NCBI RefSeq assembly: GCF_900083515.1 | Contig: NZ_LT671858.1 | Span: 930,001 to 962,000 of the forward strand | Reading direction: 5' to 3' | Length of the DNA: 32,000 nucleotides | DNA from: Cuniculiplasma divulgatum | Lineage (GTDB): Archaea > Thermoplasmatota > Thermoplasmata > Thermoplasmatales > Thermoplasmataceae | In this document: positions 27,182 to 32,000 of the stretch, in pieces | How positions within the stretch are numbered: the stretch's first letter is position 1 | Layout of the letters: every line of letters starts with the position of its first letter | Translations under genes and position numbers: made by a program | The notes under the pieces: model-generated | The model's database searches: none | The model's input: the letters and a program-made list of their open reading frames with translations, nothing else | Told to the model about the DNA's origin: nothing

Positions 27182-28998
27182 TCAAACCTCTCCTTTGCTT
27201 TATCAAACATTTTAATAGTTTTGCCCTCTTAAATGTTTTTATACTTATTTCACGACGCGGGTTGGTTTACTCTTAAATTCTTCCACTTCTGAAGTTAGAT
27301 TGAAAAAAACTTGTTTCTTATGGCTATGGTATCACTGCCTGAAATTGCAATTTCAGTATCTTGAATTAAAATATTTCGGCTTTCTTTAATTTTCTTATCC
27401 AATTTTGTTACCTTTTCGAACAGTTTAGCATTTAGTGCTTATTGCTTATTCCTAAGTTCATGTTATGTGTTAATTTAGATTCATACTTTTAGTATGAGAT
27501 ACTAAGGGGATCCTATGAATGCATTTTATCATTCAAGCCTGGGAATTTGAAGGATAAGAGAATATCACAACAAGCCATTTGCAAAATTTAAACAAGAATA
27601 ACGAGTGAATGGCATATAAATATCTAAGTTTTAAGTTCAACATTAGGTGGAGTGGAAAATACAGAAAAAAGACTGAATGAAACTGTCGCTGAAAATAATT
27701 AGAAGATAAAATCACAGAGCAAATAAATTGAGAATAATATGGGGATAATAGCCAGACAAAATTTGAACAAAAATAATAAAGAAGTGTATTACACAATTCA
27801 ATTGCCATCTGTCATTTACTTTATAGTGTTGTAATACTACACTTTCATTGCAATCTCCCATGCATTCTAACCATTTCCATTTAACCTAATCCCTCCTCAC
27901 ATGATTCTTTTTAATCCTAAGAAATATATTTCCACGATCAACCGATTCCTTCCGTTCATCCTTGGGATGTTTTTCGGATTTCTCAGATCTGTAATAAATG
28001 ACAGGAGCGTCAAGATCCTCATGACAAATTGAGGTATGGGCATATATTCATCAGCATCAATCATGTCAGAAATCGATATCATATCCAGATTCAGGCCAAA
28101 GTAGAAGCTTACATCATATGCTGGATTGTTTCAAGACAGAATCAATCGGGATCATCAGATATAAGAAGGACATATAACAAAACATGGCCCTTTTACTGCT
28201 CCGTTTCATAATGATCAATGCTGCATGTAGTGTAATAAAATACTCAAATAGGATGAAGAGGAAATACCTTGGCATTGTTAAGAGACTTTGGAAGAACCGT
28301 GCTATAATTGCAATCGTACGAATACTTCTGGATATCATATATACAATATCCACAAATAGAAAAGAATTCATTTCTAAGATCGCTCAACTTAGAGAAAAAA
28401 AGATGAATATAATGAGATCAAGAACAATAAGGAAATCTAAGATCATCACAGTGAAAAAGTGCGTAAATGATCTCAGTGAAGTTCAGAAGAAGAACAGGAA
28501 GAGAACTGGAGATGAAGGAAAATTAAGTAAGGCGGATACGATTACATTAACGTTATAGAACTTTTTACTTAGAGGACACCCAATTAAAAAAAAGTGTTTC
28601 ATCAACTATGAAAATATATCCCAGTTTCGATAATGCCTAAGAACCAAAAATAAATGGGTTGTATATTTTCATTTTTTATCTTGTGAAAATATATTGAGTT
28701 CTAATCTTAGGAATCTTAAGAATTTTTTATAATGTTTTTAAACACGGTCATAGGTATAGCCAGAATTAAATTCATTTGTCTGGGTAAATAGCTCGTGTGA
28801 ATACTCTTGAAGAAAATAAATTTTTAAATTTTATGAGTATCGTCACTTATTAATATTTTTTAATTATAGATATGATATCGTCATAAAATTATAATTTACA
28901 ATGTGGGAAATGATAACTGAAAGTTAATCAAAGTGCATTAAGCAGGAGAATTCGCAACTTCAAAAAAAGTTAATAGCAGAGGTTAATATCTGTAATTA

Positions 28999-29898
28999 AT
29001 GAGTAATCATTATTTAATAACAGGTGGAGAAGGCTTTATCGGACGTAATCTCAAGGAATTCCTCATAAAAAATAACAATACTGTAAAGACCTTAGATATA
29101 AATGGTAATCCAGATTATTTAATTTCAGTTACAGACTTCGATAAGATCATGGATATTAAAGAAGAGTTTGATGGTATCTTCCACCTGGCTGCAACAACAT
29201 CTCCACCAGAATTTGATGAGAACCCCTTATCTGGATTCAATGTAAATGCCAATGGAACCCTTAACGTTCTGGAATTCGCAAGAATTAAGAATATTCCAAG
29301 AGTTGTTCTTGCTTCATCATCAGCAACCTATGGTAATAGCACATCTATTTCTGTTGAGAGTGAACTTCCTGATCGTTATTCAAATCTGTACCCTGTAACA
29401 AAGATCCTTGATGAGTATCTAGCAAGGTTCTATTCTGTCAGAAAGGATGTGGAATGTATTTCTCTTAGATATTTTAACACATATGGTCCTGGAGAAAACA
29501 GCAAGAGCCAGTACGCAAGTGTAATATGGAGATTTATAAAGTCATTTCACAAACATGAAAGACCTGTAATCTATGGAGATGGTAACCAGAAAAGGGATTT
29601 CATATATATAGATGATAACGTGAAAGGAACATATCTTACCATGGAGAAAGGAGTACCAGGTGAATCATACAATATTGGATCTGGTAATAGCAATACATTC
29701 AACAGAATATATAAAATCGTAAAGGAACAGATGAATTCTGATCTAGAGGCTGAGTATATAAAGAATCCTCTCAAGAGTTATCAGTTTTTTACACAGGCAG
29801 ATATGTCAAAGGCAAAAAAGGATCTTGGATTTGTTCCAGAATATGATATCACTGCTGGAGTGAAGAAGATGCTAAGTTGTGGTGTTTATGCTCTGTAG
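28999..29898 (+). CDS. NAD-dependent nucleotide-sugar epimerase/dehydratase (extended SDR), 299 aa
   Basis: ITGGEGFIGRNL (GxxGxxG), ASSSATYG, and the catalytic YPVTK (YxxxK). Confidence 0.9.
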   Translation: MSNHYLITGGEGFIGRNLKEFLIKNNNTVKTLDINGNPDYLISVTDFDKIMDIKEEFDGIFHLAATTSPPEFDENPLSGFNVNANGTLNVLEFARIKNIPRVVLASSSATYGNSTSISVESELPDRYSNLYPVTKILDEYLARFYSVRKDVECISLRYFNTYGPGENSKSQYASVIWRFIKSFHKHERPVIYGDGNQKRDFIYIDDNVKGTYLTMEKGVPGESYNIGSGNSNTFNRIYKIVKEQMNSDLEAEYIKNPLKSYQFFTQADMSKAKKDLGFVPEYDITAGVKKMLSCGVYAL

Positions 29899-30143
29899 AG
29901 TCACCATTACAAGAGTCCCTATTTTCATTGAAAATAAATGAACGTAAATGTTCAATTTTTCAAAATACTTTTAATTCTGAATTTTAAAATCGTTTCATTT
30001 ACTTTTTACAACGTTAAATGCATCCATTGGAACTATTGCCTCTAAATTTTTGTACTAGTTTTAGGTTATTTACCAAGATTTTTTAAAAATGACAAATCTT
30101 ACTCAAATAAAAATTTAAACGCTTGAAGAGTTGATGTAAATGA

Positions 30144-31220
30144 TTAACTAATTTTTTCAATATTGCCCAACAATTCACGCCACATATCAGCAGTTTTCTC
30201 CCATGTGAAATTTTCAGCGAATTTTCTAGAATTATTAATAAATAGATTCTCATTTTTAATAATATATAATATTTTGTTACTGAATTCGCTTATATCATCT
30301 ACCAAAAAGCCGTTTAGATTATCTTTTAAGGTGTCTATCACCCCTGGAACCCTAAAGGCAACTGTCGGGGTACCAGAAGCAGAAGATTCAATTATAGACA
30401 AACCCCATCCCTCGGTAATAGAAAAATGTAAATTTACCCATGATTTTTTAATTAACCCGGCTAATTCGTCTTGATCTACTCTACCAGTAAAAAAAATATT
30501 ATAATTTTTAGTTTTAGCTTCTTCCCTTATTTGTTGTAATAGTTTTCCGTCACCTGTAATAACAATTTTTAGATGGTTTATATTGGTCTTTAATTGCTCA
30601 TAAACATTCAAAATGTATTCAGGCCGTTTATATCTCCTAAACCCTCCAAAATAAATAAGTTGCACACTTTTAGACTTTTTACCAGGTGAAAATAAGTTCA
30701 GATCTACACCCGGAGGGATTCTCACTATATTTTTCTTATCAAGTCCTAATCTTATAAGATCTTCTTCTGAGCTACTAGATTCGGTTACAATTTTAATATT
30801 CCTGTAGATAAAAGGGTATAACTTTTCTAAAATAGTTATGATTTTAGCTAGAATAATATCAACTTGTCCTGGTAAAGATCTTGCGTGGAGATGCCTAAAA
30901 AAGACAAAGTTATTTCTTTTAAGAAATACAGGGGAAATCCATGGAACCCCATGAGCCAAATCGTTTATAATCGCATCAAAACTGTTTTTAATGAGAAAAA
31001 TTGGTAAAAACGCATGGGTAGTAAAATTGTTACCTTTCCTAATGATTTTTATACCGTCAATTATTTCTTCATCAAGTGACCCTTTCCACCTTGGGCAATA
31101 TATAGTTACTTTATTTCCCTTCTCAACTAGTCTCTTCGCTACCTCATATATTGTTCTTTCGGCCCCTCCAGCCCTCGGATGTTTAGGGTCTCTATGATTT
31201 AACCATAAAATGTTTAACAT
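30144..31220 (-). CDS. Glycosyltransferase family 4 (GT-B), 358 aa
   Basis: SITEGWGLSIIESSASGTPTVAF (E-x7-E), then LNGFLVDD...FAENFTWEK. Confidence 0.85.
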   Translation of the reverse strand: MLNILWLNHRDPKHPRAGGAERTIYEVAKRLVEKGNKVTIYCPRWKGSLDEEIIDGIKIIRKGNNFTTHAFLPIFLIKNSFDAIINDLAHGVPWISPVFLKRNNFVFFRHLHARSLPGQVDIILAKIITILEKLYPFIYRNIKIVTESSSSEEDLIRLGLDKKNIVRIPPGVDLNLFSPGKKSKSVQLIYFGGFRRYKRPEYILNVYEQLKTNINHLKIVITGDGKLLQQIREEAKTKNYNIFFTGRVDQDELAGLIKKSWVNLHFSITEGWGLSIIESSASGTPTVAFRVPGVIDTLKDNLNGFLVDDISEFSNKILYIIKNENLFINNSRKFAENFTWEKTADMWRELLGNIEKIS

Positions 31221-31270
31221 GTTCTAATACCATACAAGTTGATGATGATCTTATTAAGTTTTTCATTTCC

Positions 31271-32000
31271 TCATTCAAGATATACCACCCTTGATCCTAG
31301 ATTTTCAATATTAATTCTATGTCTCTCAAGAACATTCAATGCGTCCATAACATAATTTTGCCTTTCCAGTGGAGTTAAAAACAAAAGAAATCCTCCTCCA
31401 CCTGCTCCAATCAACTTTCCACCAACTGCACCTGCATTGATTGCTTGCAAATACCAGTTATCAATCAAATCCTGACTTATCTTTTTACTAAGACTTTTCT
31501 TGATATTCCAGTTCTCATTCATAAATTTACCCAGCATATTGAAATCATAATTCTCTAAACTTTCTTTTGTCTCTTTTGCGATATCTCTCATCTTATCATA
31601 TCCTGATTTGTTAATATTAATCCCTTTTGACTGATCTTTATGAATATCAACAGACTTTCGCTCCACACCCGTATAAAACATCATTAACTGATCATTGAGC
31701 TCGCTTAACTTTTCACCCTTAATATTAATTCGCTTGAGTTTAACATTCTCATTCCTCTCAAACTCCATGAACTGGACTCCACCAAAGGCTGCAATATATT
31801 GATCCTGTTTACCGCCGGGTTCTCCAAGTATATTTCTTTCAATTTTAACAGCCTCATCCGCTAGCTGCCTTGGAGAAACTGTTTCCCCAATCCATGTATG
31901 TAATGCGTTAAGTAGCCCAACAAGAAATGAGCTGCTGGATCCAAGTCCAGTTCCCCCAGATGGCACCTCTGTAATGCTCACAATTTGTATTCCAGTGCTA
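31271..32000 (-). CDS. GHMP-family sugar kinase (COG2605-type, D-glycero-D-manno-heptose-7-phosphate-kinase-like); the 5' end lies beyond the window
   Basis: GHMP motif II PSGGTGLGSSSSF and motif III GAVGGKLIGAGGGGFLLFL. The frame stays open upstream of the listed Met to base 32000. Confidence 0.8.
   Translation of the reverse strand, partial: STGIQIVSITEVPSGGTGLGSSSSFLVGLLNALHTWIGETVSPRQLADEAVKIERNILGEPGGKQDQYIAAFGGVQFMEFERNENVKLKRINIKGEKLSELNDQLMMFYTGVERKSVDIHKDQSKGININKSGYDKMRDIAKETKESLENYDFNMLGKFMNENWNIKKSLSKKISQDLIDNWYLQAINAGAVGGKLIGAGGGGFLLFLTPLERQNYVMDALNVLERHRINIENLGSRVVYLE

Noticed and set aside
1-32000. CRISPR arrays, tRNA/rRNA genes and retron-like ncRNA near the ATPase operon.
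   Set aside because: I saw no regularly spaced direct repeats and no GC-rich cloverleaf-like segments or T-loop (GGTTCRAATCC-type) motifs outside coding frames. There is no reverse-transcriptase gene. This was a scan by eye, so small or unusual RNAs could have been missed.

Overview
AT-rich accessory region with many decayed genes. It looks most like a low-GC archaeon (Thermoplasmata-like), but this window cannot prove that. The left third (1-10.1 kb) resembles a defence/accessory islet. It holds the tail of an SF1/DUF2075-like NTPase gene and a two-gene minus-strand operon: a 554-aa ABC/AAA_21-type ATPase plus a 174-aa protein with a clear D...ExK (PD-(D/E)xK nuclease-like) motif. It also holds two diverged paralogues of the COG1373 AAA+/DUF4143 ATPase, a degraded Doc/Fic toxin gene, a truncated ABC-transporter ATPase gene, and two pairs of dispersed 'promoter + 5' gene end' repeats. 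The rest (11.2-32 kb) is a surface-glycan/glycoprotein biosynthesis island. It encodes two FkbM methyltransferases, three intact GT4 and two GT2-like glycosyltransferases, an SDR epimerase/dehydratase and a GHMP sugar kinase. It also has a DUF2079-like membrane protein whose gene overlaps that of a sequon-rich surface protein. IS debris breaks up this island: an IS3-family element with a canonical A-AAA-AAA-G frameshift site nested inside an IS4/IS1634-like transposase gene, an IS5-family transposase gene with several frameshifts, and a decayed GT4 paralogue. I recognised no rRNA, tRNA or CRISPR array. The best candidate for an undescribed system is the ATPase + PD-(D/E)xK-like pair at 522-2804.
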